A stretch of DNA of 64,000 bases from positions 1 through 64,000 of IMG/VR virus record IMGVR_UViG_3300027736_000041. One strand, written 5' to 3'. The DNA is from a virus. The notes beneath the pieces are model-generated. The model was not told the DNA's origin. It did no database searches and worked only from the letters and a program-made list of their open reading frames with translations. Positions within the stretch are counted from its first letter, which is position 1, and each line of letters begins with the position of its first letter. Below are positions 16,715 through 27,845 of the stretch, piece after piece. A program made the position numbers and the translations under genes.

Positions 16715-17854
16715 ATGTCAGTACCAGAATATGTTTTCTTGCATCGAATACAGGAATTTTATGACCAGTTGCGTGCTGGCAGAAACCTATGGAAAATAGA
16801 CGAGACGCTTGGATTCATTGACGAACGCGGTCGCCAGATGATCAAGAAATGGATTCAAGACGAACGATTTGCATGGACATTCGGACGCGGGTATGCACTT
16901 CTCATGCAGCCCGCGCCTGTAATCAGTTTGGTGGTTGACAGCGACTCTGATCGTCCAAATGGAAACATGATTGGCAACTACGCCCGTGATGGCATTGAGT
17001 TCGATGCAATTGGTAATGCCAATTATTACTGGGAACAAAATGCCAAATTGAAAATGGGTTCATTTCTTTTCGTGTTTACGGCACCAAATTCCGATATGCT
17101 CACGGCCATGTATTGTCTTACCGAACGAGCATTATATGAGGGAGAAACTCCTCCTGCAGGGGAGGAGGATATCATCACGTTCTCGGATTACGGAATCCAT
17201 GAGTTATCGTACAGGGGATCAGATGTTCGTCCTGATCAGAATTATGTTCCAACGGCAACATGGGCAAGGACTCTCAATGTATCGTGTTCCTACATGCAGA
17301 CGTGGACAGGCAAGATATGGGGCAAATCAGGATTCGCCTTGAGTATTGATATAGGTGACGTGTATTCCCCCGGTGATAATGATTTCATACAGAAAAATCC
17401 CGAGTATGTAAATGGTATCCCGGTGTTGCCGGTGAATGCTCCGGGGAGCAATCCTGCATTTGTTCCTGCACCCGGCATATCCTTGTCTTCCATATCAAAT
17501 AGCACTACTCCAGTATATTTAACTACTACTGGAGAAAATCCATCAATTGACAACTTATTGAGAGTTGCTGAAAATACAGCATTAAGTTTTGATGCCATCA
17601 TTGGTGCAAACATAGCTGGTCAGGCATCCGCACTATGGAAATTTTCGGGAATTATTCGAAGAGCAATTGAGGCATCATCTACTACCGTTGTTGGATTGAC
17701 TGCTCCGACGATTATCGCTGATCCTATTTTTGCGACAACATACATTGATGTGTATGCAGATACATCATTGGGCGCATTGATGATTTCGGTAACCGGAATA
17801 GCAAACACCGCCGTGTATTGGAGCGCATCAATCGTTGTGAAAGAACTCATCTAA
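16715..17854 (+). CDS. putative neck/tail-completion protein with C-terminal extra domain
   Basis: Position; P.ISLV...FLF.FTAPNSD...ATWARTLNVSC resembles tail-terminator-type proteins; C-terminal ~130 aa similar to the next gene. Confidence 0.55.
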   Translation: MSVPEYVFLHRIQEFYDQLRAGRNLWKIDETLGFIDERGRQMIKKWIQDERFAWTFGRGYALLMQPAPVISLVVDSDSDRPNGNMIGNYARDGIEFDAIGNANYYWEQNAKLKMGSFLFVFTAPNSDMLTAMYCLTERALYEGETPPAGEEDIITFSDYGIHELSYRGSDVRPDQNYVPTATWARTLNVSCSYMQTWTGKIWGKSGFALSIDIGDVYSPGDNDFIQKNPEYVNGIPVLPVNAPGSNPAFVPAPGISLSSISNSTTPVYLTTTGENPSIDNLLRVAENTALSFDAIIGANIAGQASALWKFSGIIRRAIEASSTTVVGLTAPTIIADPIFATTYIDVYADTSLGALMISVTGIANTAVYWSASIVVKELI

Positions 17855-18306
17855 TGGTTCGTTTGTATGGCATTACAAATGTTTCAACTTCAGGATCGGG
17901 CGGTGCAAACAATCAAGGCATTGTTCTGAAAGGAAGCACTACGTCTAACGGAACAACTTATTTAACAACGAATAGTGTGGGAATTGAAAATGAAGGCAAT
18001 ATGCTTATTGTTGCACAAAATACTTCAGTTCTAATGGACATATCAGTAGTTGCACGAACAGATACAACGCCAAGCTATGCGGCAGGATGGCTTCTGAGTG
18101 GAATGGCAAAACGAGGAGCAAACGCCAATACCGTATCGTTAATGGGTTTCAGCGTTGCTACTTGCACGGCAGATTCGCAATTGACAGCATTGCAAATTTT
18201 TGTCACTGAAAATTTGACGACTGGCGGAATAAGCATACAGTGCAAAGGAATTAGTCAGTATACTAGAGTAAACTGGATCGCAACGATTGGGTTGACGCAA
18301 GTGTAA
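17854..18306 (+). CDS. virion decoration-like protein
   Basis: TAATG coupling; similar to the C-termini of 16715..17854 and 18410..20773. Confidence 0.65.
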   Translation: MVRLYGITNVSTSGSGGANNQGIVLKGSTTSNGTTYLTTNSVGIENEGNMLIVAQNTSVLMDISVVARTDTTPSYAAGWLLSGMAKRGANANTVSLMGFSVATCTADSQLTALQIFVTENLTTGGISIQCKGISQYTRVNWIATIGLTQV

Positions 18307-18409
18307 CATCATTGCTGTTTATGAAATTTCGGCCTTTAATCAAATTAGTGAAATAATAAATATCACGCAAAGGTAATAGAACCGATACAATAGAGAAAAG
18401 GACACAAAA

Positions 18410-20773
18410 ATGGTAGCATTTAGCGCAAACAATAAAACGACATTCAATGTGCCCATAGAGGGTACCGCTACAGGCGGATTGACCGTAAACCGCACCGACC
18501 TAGCGGTAACGAATAGTGCATCCTTGACGGTTGTCGGACCTACGACGACTGGGGCAACGTCTCTATTGTATGGCGCAAAGATTAGCGGTCCCGTTTCCGG
18601 ATCGGGCCTTCTCACCACAAGTTACGGACTGTACATCGGCAATCCTACCAATAGTGGCGGAACCACTACAAATGCATATGGACTGTATGTTGAAAAACCT
18701 ACCGCTGGGGCGACTCTTAATTATTCCATTTATTCGGCTGGTTCCATTTTTGCAACCGATTCTATTGTAGCGGGTTCCGCTTCTTTTGATCTTCTCAATA
18801 CCACTGCAACTACGGTTAATTTTGCCGGTGCATCGACAACCCTGAGCATTGGCGCTGCTGGTGGAACTTCAACATTCAATGGGACGCTTAATATCGCGTC
18901 AGGAAAGACCCTCACCATTGCGGGCACTGCAGTCTTGTCGGCAACGACACTCGGATCAGGCGTCACTGGATCGTCCCTGACAAGCGTAGGCACGATTGGC
19001 ACTGGTACATGGCAAGGCACGGCAATCGCGGTCGGTTACGGGGGTACGGGAACGAACAGTGGTTCCATTACCGGCACGGGCGCGTTGACATTCACGGCGG
19101 GAGGAGCAAACGAAAACGTCACCCTTGCTCCGACCGGAACAGGAACCGTTGATGTTTCTTCCAAGCGCATCACGAACGTCGCCACTCCAACTGCTTCTAC
19201 TGATGCTACCAACAAGGGCTACGTGGATGCTCTTGTGCAGGGCATCGACGTTCACCCGTCGGTAAGAGCTGCAACTACTGCAAATATTTCTCTGAGTGCC
19301 CCGCAAACAATTGACGGCGTTGCAGTTGTTGCGGGAAATCGCGTTCTCGTCAAGAATCAGTCCACTCTGTCGCAAAACGGTGTCTACATCGTCAATGCAA
19401 GTGCGTGGGTGCGTGCCACTGACTTTGATAGCACGGCAAATGTTTCCGCTAATGCGTTCTTCTTTGTTGAAGAAGGAACCCTCTATGGCGATTCTGGATG
19501 GACACTAACCAATGACGGCACACCAGTAATCGGAACAGATGCACTGAATTTCACACAATTCAGTGGTGCCGGAATGGTTACTGCAGGAAACGGTTTGACC
19601 AAGACTGGCAACTCGCTTGATGTAGTCGGCACGGCAGATCGCATCAGTGTTGCCGCGGACAGCATTGATATTGCTTCCACGTATGCCGGACAAAATACAA
19701 TCACTACCGTTGGAACAATTGCAACAGGAACATGGAGTGGTTCATTTGGTTCTGTTTCCGGTGCAAACCTCACTAGTTTGACCGCCGGAAATCTTTCCGG
19801 AACGATTCCTTCCGGAGTGCTTGGAAACTCGACAGTCTACATTGGCACGACGGGGGTTGCACTCAATCGTACTAGCGGCGCTCTGACCCTAGCCGGATTG
19901 ACACTGACCACACCCGATATTGGTGTTGCGACTGCAACATCAGTAAACAAACTCACCATCACCGCTCCGGCATCAGGCTCAACACTTACCATTGCTGACG
20001 GCAAGACCCTCACGGTAAGCAATACGCTCACCTTCACGGGTTCGGACTCTGCTTCCGTGGCCTTTGGCAGTGGCGGAACGGTTGTCTACAGCGGAGGAAG
20101 CATCGGTGCGGCCAGTGCCACTTCCCTGAGTTCTTCGGGCCTTGTCACCGCAAGTGGTTTTGTCACTACAACCGGATCGCTAGGTATCAATTTCAAGGAT
20201 GGAACCGGTACAGCCGGTACTGCATCTGGTGATACCCGCCTCTACACCACGTCAGGCGATCTTTATCTTTTTGCTAATGCTGGATCGGCAAAGAAGATCC
20301 TCAATGTATCGAATATTGGTTCCTCTGCCCTTGCGTTTGGACAATCATCATTGAATAATAATACTGCAAATGGCGTAACAGTCAATGCAGGAATTTACAC
20401 AATGAGAATGTCCACCGGTTCGACTACTGCGACAAAAATGACAGTCAGTGGAGCAGCGTTTGTTGATAACGCTACCGATCAGATCATCATTCCCGTCAGC
20501 ACCACGTGGGCGGTAAGCGTCAAGGTTATTGCCTATAACGCTACCAACACTGCGTCCGCTTCGTGGGACATCATCACGACCTTTAGACGAGGATCAACCG
20601 GAAATGCAACGATGGTTTCTGATCCAATTGTGTCAGCATTCGGTGATGCGTCCCTTGATGCATCCATCATTGATATCACCACTGGAGCAAATAACATTCT
20701 TCTTACCGTGACTTGCGAAGCGGCCACAACAACATTGTGGGCTGCTTCGTTCACGACACTTGAAGTATCGTAA
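18410..20773 (+). CDS. fibre protein
   Basis: G/T/S-rich; DATNKGYVD and VRAATTANISLSAPQTIDGVAVVAGNRVLVKNQ...NGVY, a widespread phage fibre domain. Confidence 0.8.
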   Translation: MVAFSANNKTTFNVPIEGTATGGLTVNRTDLAVTNSASLTVVGPTTTGATSLLYGAKISGPVSGSGLLTTSYGLYIGNPTNSGGTTTNAYGLYVEKPTAGATLNYSIYSAGSIFATDSIVAGSASFDLLNTTATTVNFAGASTTLSIGAAGGTSTFNGTLNIASGKTLTIAGTAVLSATTLGSGVTGSSLTSVGTIGTGTWQGTAIAVGYGGTGTNSGSITGTGALTFTAGGANENVTLAPTGTGTVDVSSKRITNVATPTASTDATNKGYVDALVQGIDVHPSVRAATTANISLSAPQTIDGVAVVAGNRVLVKNQSTLSQNGVYIVNASAWVRATDFDSTANVSANAFFFVEEGTLYGDSGWTLTNDGTPVIGTDALNFTQFSGAGMVTAGNGLTKTGNSLDVVGTADRISVAADSIDIASTYAGQNTITTVGTIATGTWSGSFGSVSGANLTSLTAGNLSGTIPSGVLGNSTVYIGTTGVALNRTSGALTLAGLTLTTPDIGVATATSVNKLTITAPASGSTLTIADGKTLTVSNTLTFTGSDSASVAFGSGGTVVYSGGSIGAASATSLSSSGLVTASGFVTTTGSLGINFKDGTGTAGTASGDTRLYTTSGDLYLFANAGSAKKILNVSNIGSSALAFGQSSLNNNTANGVTVNAGIYTMRMSTGSTTATKMTVSGAAFVDNATDQIIIPVSTTWAVSVKVIAYNATNTASASWDIITTFRRGSTGNATMVSDPIVSAFGDASLDASIIDITTGANNILLTVTCEAATTTLWAASFTTLEVS

Positions 20774-20782
20774 GGATAAAAA

Positions 20783-22546
20783 ATGCCGGTAACAAGTTTT
20801 ACGGCTACCAATCGGTTCGATCTTATTGGTAGCCAAGTAGTCACCGGCGGTCTTGCCGTAGGAACCTCTTCGGAAGTCACCTACGGATTGACTGTTTATA
20901 CTAATCCCAAGGATAGTTTGTCCGCTGCTTCATTAACTGTTGCTGCATCAACAATCTATGTGGCAGCAATCAATGTTCCTGCATCAACATCGTCCATCAC
21001 TACGGCGCTACCCAGCCTGACCGTCTCGGCAATGCATGCCAACAGTTTCAAACCGACAAGCATCAGCGCGTTGGCTTCGGGAATGACGGTTACTCATGCG
21101 GCTACTCAGCATATCGGTGGTGTACCGACACGAACAGGCACACTGGCAAATCTTTCACTGACCAATGCCTATGGAGTGTTCGTAGACACGTCCGCAACCG
21201 ATTCCACGAATGCCTACGGTGTATATGTCAATGCGCCAACTGGCGCAACAAATAATTATGCATTGTATGTCGGTTCAGGAAGTTCTTCGCTTGGAAACAT
21301 CACGGGAGGTTCGTGGCTTGCGTCTGCAGTCGGTGTGAACTATGGAGGTACAGGACAGACCGCAACGCCAAGCAACGGCCAGTTGCTGATTGGTACGGGA
21401 TCAGGGTTCTCGCTAGCGACACTGACTGCGGGAACCAATGTCACCATCACGAATACCTCAGGAAGCATCACGATCAACGCATCCGGCACTGGCGGAGGTG
21501 GAAGTTCAGGCACCACCACCAATGCATTGACTATAGGAACAGGGCTGTCGGGAACAAGTTTCAATGGCTCTTCAGCAGTAACCATCGCCTTGGCAAGCAC
21601 TGCGGTCACTGCAGGTTCGTATACATCCGCAAATATCACCGTTGATGCTCAAGGAAGACTTACTGCTGCATCAAACGGAAGTGGTGGAGGGGGTGAAGGG
21701 GGTGGAGGAGCATCCCTTTCCGTCGCCAATACATGGACAGCAACGCAAACGCTTTCCAACAAGGCTGTCATCAGTGATTCAGCGTCTTCTCCTGCGCCAT
21801 TCTGGGGCAATGCTCTTACCAGTGGACTGGCACTGACAAGCGGTGATACCTCGACAAGTGTCTGGACGGTTGATCCTGAGTCGGGGATTGTGCTAGGTAT
21901 TTTTACTTCTTCCGCCGATTCCATTGGAATGCCAACAACAGACGGCATGGCAATTGCTGCGCCGTCCTATGACTACAGCCCCGTTGCAACGGTGGATAGC
22001 ACGTACAACGGAGCGTTTGAAGTTTCTTTGGGATTGCGACTGAAGGCATCTGCTGCATCAACCACGTTTGTCGAACTCCGCGCTCCCACTGGCTCGTCAT
22101 CCAGTGCGTCCTATGTATTGCCCAACAATCTTCCCGCCAAAGATGGATACATTCTCAATGCAACAACGCAGGGGCAGATGGCGTGGCAATACCAGAACGC
22201 GATTGAGCCGATCATCGCTGATGATATCTCTCCTTATTTCAATGGCTCTTCCGCCGTTTTTCCATTGACCAATAATCTTGTTAAAATTTCCAACATTATT
22301 GACTCAAAAGATGCTGAAGTTATTGTCAATGGAAGAAGACTCGTGCCGTATGTACAGGAATTACGGTATCCTTGGATTGTAGAATATGATGCATATCGAG
22401 GGTTTCGTGTGAGGGATGGAAAATTGATTCTTTTTAATGCGCCAAAATCTGGAGAGCAAGCAAGCGTGATGATCAAGACAATCAGTCAAAAAGTGGCGAC
22501 AAGAAAATATCCATTCTCTGCCTCGACGATTGCGCTGGGAGACTGA
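20783..22546 (+). CDS. fibre/decoration protein
   Basis: GGTG...NGQLLIG, VTAGSYTSANITVDAQGRLTAASNG and LPAKDGYILN fibre motifs. Confidence 0.75.
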   Translation: MPVTSFTATNRFDLIGSQVVTGGLAVGTSSEVTYGLTVYTNPKDSLSAASLTVAASTIYVAAINVPASTSSITTALPSLTVSAMHANSFKPTSISALASGMTVTHAATQHIGGVPTRTGTLANLSLTNAYGVFVDTSATDSTNAYGVYVNAPTGATNNYALYVGSGSSSLGNITGGSWLASAVGVNYGGTGQTATPSNGQLLIGTGSGFSLATLTAGTNVTITNTSGSITINASGTGGGGSSGTTTNALTIGTGLSGTSFNGSSAVTIALASTAVTAGSYTSANITVDAQGRLTAASNGSGGGGEGGGGASLSVANTWTATQTLSNKAVISDSASSPAPFWGNALTSGLALTSGDTSTSVWTVDPESGIVLGIFTSSADSIGMPTTDGMAIAAPSYDYSPVATVDSTYNGAFEVSLGLRLKASAASTTFVELRAPTGSSSSASYVLPNNLPAKDGYILNATTQGQMAWQYQNAIEPIIADDISPYFNGSSAVFPLTNNLVKISNIIDSKDAEVIVNGRRLVPYVQELRYPWIVEYDAYRGFRVRDGKLILFNAPKSGEQASVMIKTISQKVATRKYPFSASTIALGD

Positions 22547-22547
22547 C

Positions 22548-25500
22548 ATGCCAACGAGAGAGGGTATCCAGCATTTTGTCGATACATCCGAGCCAAATGG
22601 TGTCCAACCCGGTGATGAGTGGTGGAACATTGGTACGGGAAGATATTACAAGCGTGTGGTATTCAGCAATGGCGGTGTAGGCTGGACGGAGATTGCACAG
22701 CCTTCCTTGATGCTTGGTGCTGCGAGTACATGGGCATTGACTCAGGCATTCAATGGAGGAATAACAGGAACAACAGCGGCGTTCAGTGGAGGAATAACAG
22801 GAACAACAGCGGCGTTCAGTGGTAGCGCAGCGTCTGATTTCATGATCATTGGATCTGGAAGAAGTTCTTCTGTTCAGGCGTCTTTGGATGTAAAGGGACA
22901 GGTACGCGCTCCACAATACATTATTGGCAATCCTGTCTCAGGATCGTCAATTACGTATGGGGCTGCAACAAGTAATAATCTTCTTCCTCCGCCCATGTTT
23001 CAAGGTGGAACTGGAGCATTGACCTCGGTAGGGACGGCAGCAACGGGGTCAAGTCCTTCTGGTGTTGTGATTGACCCTACTGGCAGATTTGTTTTTGTGA
23101 CGAATATATCTAGCATCACGGTGCAAACCTATACCATAAATCAATCCACCGGAGCATTGACCTCAGTAGGGACGGCAGCAACGGGGTCAAGTCCTAAAAG
23201 TGTTGCGGTTGATCCCACTGGCAGGTTTGCTTTTGTGGGAAATTTGAACGGCGCTACGGTGCAAGCCTATACCATCAATCAATCTACCGGAGCATTGACC
23301 TCAGTAGGTGCGGTAGCAACGGGGACAACTCCTCGGACTGTTGCGGTTGACCCAACTGGCAGATTTGTTTTTGTTGCGAATTATAGTAGCGATACCGTAC
23401 AAGCCTTCACCATCAATCAATCTACTGGAGCATTGACCTCGGTAGGCACGGCAGCAACGGGAACAAATCCTTATGGTGTTGCGGTTGATCCGACCGGCAG
23501 GTTTGCTTTTGTGACGAATTATAGTGTCAATACAGTACAAGCCTATACCATTAATCAATCGACGGGAGCATTGACCTCGGTAGGAGCGGTACCAACGGGG
23601 GCAGCTCCTCAGGGTGTTGCGGTTGACCCAACTGGCAGATTTGCTTTTGTCGCGAATCTTAGTAGCGCTACCGTGCAAGCCTATACCATCAATCAATCCA
23701 CCGGAGCATTGACTTCGGTAGGCACGACAGCAACGGGGACATTTCCCACTGGTGTTGCGGTTGATCCAACTGGCAGGTTTGCTTTTGTCCCGAATAGTAG
23801 TGGCGCTACCGTGCAGACCTATACCATTAATCAATCGACGGGAGCATTGACCTCGGTAGGCACGGCAGCAACGGGGACAACTCCTCAAGATGTTGCGGTT
23901 GACCCGACTGGCAGATTTGCTTTTGTGGTGAATTATAATAGCGACACGGTACAAACCTATCGTATTAATAATTTTGCGGCTAATAGTGGAACATTTCAGG
24001 ATCAGTTAATCATTGGCTCTGGAAGAAGTTCGTCTGGTCAAGCAGCACTTGATGTCAGTGGACAACTTCGCGCTCCACAATACATTATTGGAAATCCTGT
24101 CTCAGGATCATCCATTACATACGGGGCTGCAACAAGTAACAATCTTCTTCCTCCGCCAACTTTTCACGGAGGAACCGGAGTGTTGACATCTGTAGGGACG
24201 GCAGCAACTGGGACAAATCCTAACAGTGTTGCGGTTGATCCGACCGGCAGGTTTGCTTTTGTGGCGAATAATGGTGGCACTACCGTACAAGCCTATACCA
24301 TTAACCAATCCACCGGAGCATTGACTTCGGTAGGCACAGCAGCAACGGGAACAAGCCCTTATGGTGTTGCGGTTGACCCAACTGGCAGATTTGCTTTTGT
24401 GACGAATTATGGTAGCGCTACCGTGCAGGCCTATACCATTAACCAATCCACCGGAGCATTGACCTCGGTAGGGACGGTAGCAACGGGAACAAGTCCTCAG
24501 CTTGTTGCGGTTGACCCAACTGGCAGGTTTGCCTTTGTGACGAATTATAGCGGCTCTACAGTACAAGCCTATACCATTAACCAATCCACCGGAGCATTGA
24601 CTTCGGTAGGCACAGCAGCAACTGGGTCAAATCCTTATGGTGTTGCGGTTGACCCGACTGGCAGATTTGCTTTTGTGACGAATTATGGTAGCGCTACGGT
24701 ACAGGCCTATACCATCAATCAATCTACCGGAGCATTGACCTCGGTCGGAGCGGTAGCAGCGGGGAATAGTCCCTCCCTTGTTGCGGCTGACCCGACTGGA
24801 AGATTTGCTTTTGTCGCGAATCAGGGTGTTGCTACTGTACAGACGTATACGATTAATCAATCAACTGGAGCATTAACCTCGGTTGGGACAGTAGCAGCGG
24901 GGACATTTCCTAATGCTGTTGCGGTTGATCCAACTGGCAGATTTGCTTTTGTGACGAATTATGGTAGCGCTACGGTGCAAACCTATACCATTAACCAATT
25001 GACCGGAGCATTGACCTCGATAGGAACGGTAGCAACGGGAACAAGTCCTTTTGGTGTTGTGGTTGATCCAACTGGCAGGTTTGCTTTTGTGACGAATTAT
25101 AGTAGCAATACAGCACAGGCCTATCGTATTAATAATTTTACGGCCAATAGTGGAACATTCCAAGATGGTTTAACTATTGGAACAGGAAACATTGTTTCTA
25201 CTCTCGCCCCAAGTGCAGTGTATGTGAGTGGACAACTCCGCGCTCCACAATACATCATTGGAAACCCAGTTTCAGGATCGTCTATTACCTATGGAGCAGT
25301 AACGGCAAACAATCTTCTTCCTCCGCCCATGTTTCAAGGTGGAACTGGAGCATTGACCTCGGTAGGGACGGCAGCAACGGGGTCAAGTCCTAAAAGTGTT
25401 GCGGTTGACCCGACTGGAAGATTTGCTTTTGTGACAAATCTTAGTACCCCTACAGTACAAGCCTATACCATTAATCAATCAACCGGAGCATTGACCTCAG

Positions 25501-27845
25501 TAGGTGCGGTAGCAACGGGGTCAAGTCCGCAAAGTGTTGCGGTTGACCCAACTGGCAGGTTTGCTTTTGTGACAAATTATTCTAGCGCTACGGTGCAAAC
25601 CTATACCATTAACCAATTGACCGGAGCATTGACCTCGGTAGGAACGGCAGCAACGGGGACAAATCCGCAAAGTGTTGCGGTTGATCCAACTGGCAGATTT
25701 GTTTTTGTGGCGAATTACAATAGCATCACGGTACAGGCATATACCATCGATCAATCTACCGGAGCATTGACCTCGGTAGGAACGGTAGTAACGGGGAACA
25801 ATCCTAATATTGTTGCGGTTGACCCAACTGGCAGGTTTGTTTTTGTCTCGGATTATTATGACAACAAGGTATATGCCTGTACCATTAATCAATCAACCGG
25901 AGCATTGACCTCAGTAGGTGGGTTAGCAACGGGGTCACAGCCTCAGGGTGTTGCGGTTGACCGAACTGGCAGGTTTGTTTTTGTGGCGAATTATGGTAGC
26001 GCTACGGTACAGGCCTATACCATTAATCAATCCACCGGTGCATTGACTTCGGTAGGAGCGGTAGCAACAGGGACAACTCCTTATGGTGTTGCGGTTGACC
26101 CAACTGGCAGGTTTGCTTTTGTGACGAATTATGGTAGCGCTACGGTGCAAACCTATACCATTAACCAATCAACCGGAGCATTGACCTCGGTAGGAACGGT
26201 AGCAACTGGGACCGCTCCGCAAAATGTTGCGGTTGACCCAACTGGTAGATTTGCTTTTGTGACGAATTATGCTGGCGATACGGTACAGGCCTATCGTATT
26301 AATAATTTTGCCGCAAATAGTGGAACATTTCAGGATCAATTAACTATTGGAACAGGAAACATTGTTTCTACTCTCGCCCCAAGTGCAGTGTATGTAAGCG
26401 GACAACTCCGCGCTCCGCAATACATTATTGGAAATCCTCTGTCAGGATCTTCCATTACATATGGGGCCGTGACGAGCAATAATCTTCTTCCTCCGCCAAC
26501 TTTCCACGGAGGGACTGGAGCATTGACCTCGGTAGGAGCGGTAGCAGCGGGAACAAATTCGCGCATGGTTGCGATTGATTCGTCCGGACGATTTGCCATC
26601 GTTGCGAATTTTGGCTCCGCCACCGTACAGCCTTTCGTGATCAATCAATCGACCGGGGCACTTACCGCGGGGACGGCCGTGGCGTTCGGCAGTAGCGCAT
26701 ATAGCGTGGCAATTGATCCGACCGGGCGCTATGCCTACGTCTGCGGGGGCAGCGCCACCTACACCGTCCAGCCATACACGATCAACCAGTCCACTGGCGA
26801 TTTGACAGCGGGGACTGCGGTAACCACTGGAAATACTCCGAATGCCGTTACGGTTGATCCCACCGGACGGTTCGTCTACGTGACGAATCAGAATGATGCT
26901 ACGGTTCAATGTTTTTTGATCACTCAAAGCACTGGAGCGTTGACCTCAATGGGAGCGGTAGCAACAGGAACCGGTTGCTTTGCGGTTGTGGTAGATCCCT
27001 CCGGACGGTTTGTCTTTGTCGCGAATCAGGGTCTTGCTACTGTACAGACGTATACGATTAATCAATCAACTGGAGCATTGACCTCGGTAGGAACGGTAGC
27101 AACGGGGACAAATCCTCGCCAACTCGCTGTTGATCCCACTGGCAGGTTTCTTTTTGTGACGAATTATGGTAGCAGCACGGTGCAGCCCTTCACAATCAAC
27201 CAGTCAACTGGGACATTGACCGCGGGAACTGCCGTGGCAACCGGGACAACTCCTCATTGTGTTGCGGTAGACCCGACCGGACGACTTGTCTTCGTTGCAA
27301 ATAGTGTTGCTGGCACACTTCAGACTTACTCGATCAATCAATCTACCGGAGCATTGACCTCTGTGGGAACCGTGACGACAGGAACAACTCCTTGGGGTGT
27401 TGCGGTTGATCCAACTGGTCGATTTGTTGTTGTGGGAAACAATGGCGGAGCCACCGTGCAGTCCTTCCGAATTAATAATTTTGCGGCAAATAGTGGAACA
27501 TTTCAAGATCAACTCGGCATTGGGACGACTACTCCAAATTCTACCTTGCACGCATCCGGTTCTTTTAGCGTAGCAATTCTTTCAATTACTGGCGCAACAA
27601 CATTGGATGCGACTCATAACGTAGTGTTGTGCGGAGGAACGTCTTCGTATCAAGTTACCTTGCCAACTGCTGTGGGAATTGCCGGAAGAATGTATCAAAT
27701 AAAAAAGACAAGCATTTCTGACTATACATTGACCATTGGCACCACTTCGTCACAAACTATTGACGGAAGCACTTCATTAGGATTTGCAACACAGTATAAT
27801 AATTTTGTAGTTATTTCTGATGGCGCAAATTGGAGTTTGTTGTAA
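22548..27845 (+). CDS. giant fibre/adhesin with four 7-bladed lactonase/YVTN-like beta-propellers
   Basis: 28 repeats of about 46 aa (GALTSVG...P..VAVDPTGRFAFV.N....TVQ.YTINQST) in four sets of seven; C-terminal VTLPTAVGIAGRMYQIKK...TIDG...SDGANW fibre domain. Confidence 0.88.
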   Translation: MPTREGIQHFVDTSEPNGVQPGDEWWNIGTGRYYKRVVFSNGGVGWTEIAQPSLMLGAASTWALTQAFNGGITGTTAAFSGGITGTTAAFSGSAASDFMIIGSGRSSSVQASLDVKGQVRAPQYIIGNPVSGSSITYGAATSNNLLPPPMFQGGTGALTSVGTAATGSSPSGVVIDPTGRFVFVTNISSITVQTYTINQSTGALTSVGTAATGSSPKSVAVDPTGRFAFVGNLNGATVQAYTINQSTGALTSVGAVATGTTPRTVAVDPTGRFVFVANYSSDTVQAFTINQSTGALTSVGTAATGTNPYGVAVDPTGRFAFVTNYSVNTVQAYTINQSTGALTSVGAVPTGAAPQGVAVDPTGRFAFVANLSSATVQAYTINQSTGALTSVGTTATGTFPTGVAVDPTGRFAFVPNSSGATVQTYTINQSTGALTSVGTAATGTTPQDVAVDPTGRFAFVVNYNSDTVQTYRINNFAANSGTFQDQLIIGSGRSSSGQAALDVSGQLRAPQYIIGNPVSGSSITYGAATSNNLLPPPTFHGGTGVLTSVGTAATGTNPNSVAVDPTGRFAFVANNGGTTVQAYTINQSTGALTSVGTAATGTSPYGVAVDPTGRFAFVTNYGSATVQAYTINQSTGALTSVGTVATGTSPQLVAVDPTGRFAFVTNYSGSTVQAYTINQSTGALTSVGTAATGSNPYGVAVDPTGRFAFVTNYGSATVQAYTINQSTGALTSVGAVAAGNSPSLVAADPTGRFAFVANQGVATVQTYTINQSTGALTSVGTVAAGTFPNAVAVDPTGRFAFVTNYGSATVQTYTINQLTGALTSIGTVATGTSPFGVVVDPTGRFAFVTNYSSNTAQAYRINNFTANSGTFQDGLTIGTGNIVSTLAPSAVYVSGQLRAPQYIIGNPVSGSSITYGAVTANNLLPPPMFQGGTGALTSVGTAATGSSPKSVAVDPTGRFAFVTNLSTPTVQAYTINQSTGALTSVGAVATGSSPQSVAVDPTGRFAFVTNYSSATVQTYTINQLTGALTSVGTAATGTNPQSVAVDPTGRFVFVANYNSITVQAYTIDQSTGALTSVGTVVTGNNPNIVAVDPTGRFVFVSDYYDNKVYACTINQSTGALTSVGGLATGSQPQGVAVDRTGRFVFVANYGSATVQAYTINQSTGALTSVGAVATGTTPYGVAVDPTGRFAFVTNYGSATVQTYTINQSTGALTSVGTVATGTAPQNVAVDPTGRFAFVTNYAGDTVQAYRINNFAANSGTFQDQLTIGTGNIVSTLAPSAVYVSGQLRAPQYIIGNPLSGSSITYGAVTSNNLLPPPTFHGGTGALTSVGAVAAGTNSRMVAIDSSGRFAIVANFGSATVQPFVINQSTGALTAGTAVAFGSSAYSVAIDPTGRYAYVCGGSATYTVQPYTINQSTGDLTAGTAVTTGNTPNAVTVDPTGRFVYVTNQNDATVQCFLITQSTGALTSMGAVATGTGCFAVVVDPSGRFVFVANQGLATVQTYTINQSTGALTSVGTVATGTNPRQLAVDPTGRFLFVTNYGSSTVQPFTINQSTGTLTAGTAVATGTTPHCVAVDPTGRLVFVANSVAGTLQTYSINQSTGALTSVGTVTTGTTPWGVAVDPTGRFVVVGNNGGATVQSFRINNFAANSGTFQDQLGIGTTTPNSTLHASGSFSVAILSITGATTLDATHNVVLCGGTSSYQVTLPTAVGIAGRMYQIKKTSISDYTLTIGTTSSQTIDGSTSLGFATQYNNFVVISDGANWSLL
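23013..27480 (+). repeat. 138-bp coding tandem repeats (4 x 7) with repeated ~210-bp linkers
   Basis: GGAGCATTGACCTC recurs at 23013, 23151, 23289 and onward (period 138). Confidence 0.95.

Noticed and set aside
22755-22820. 33-bp tandem duplication (GGITGTTAAFS x2)
   Set aside because: Ordinary in-frame fibre-shaft duplication with no sign of separate function.
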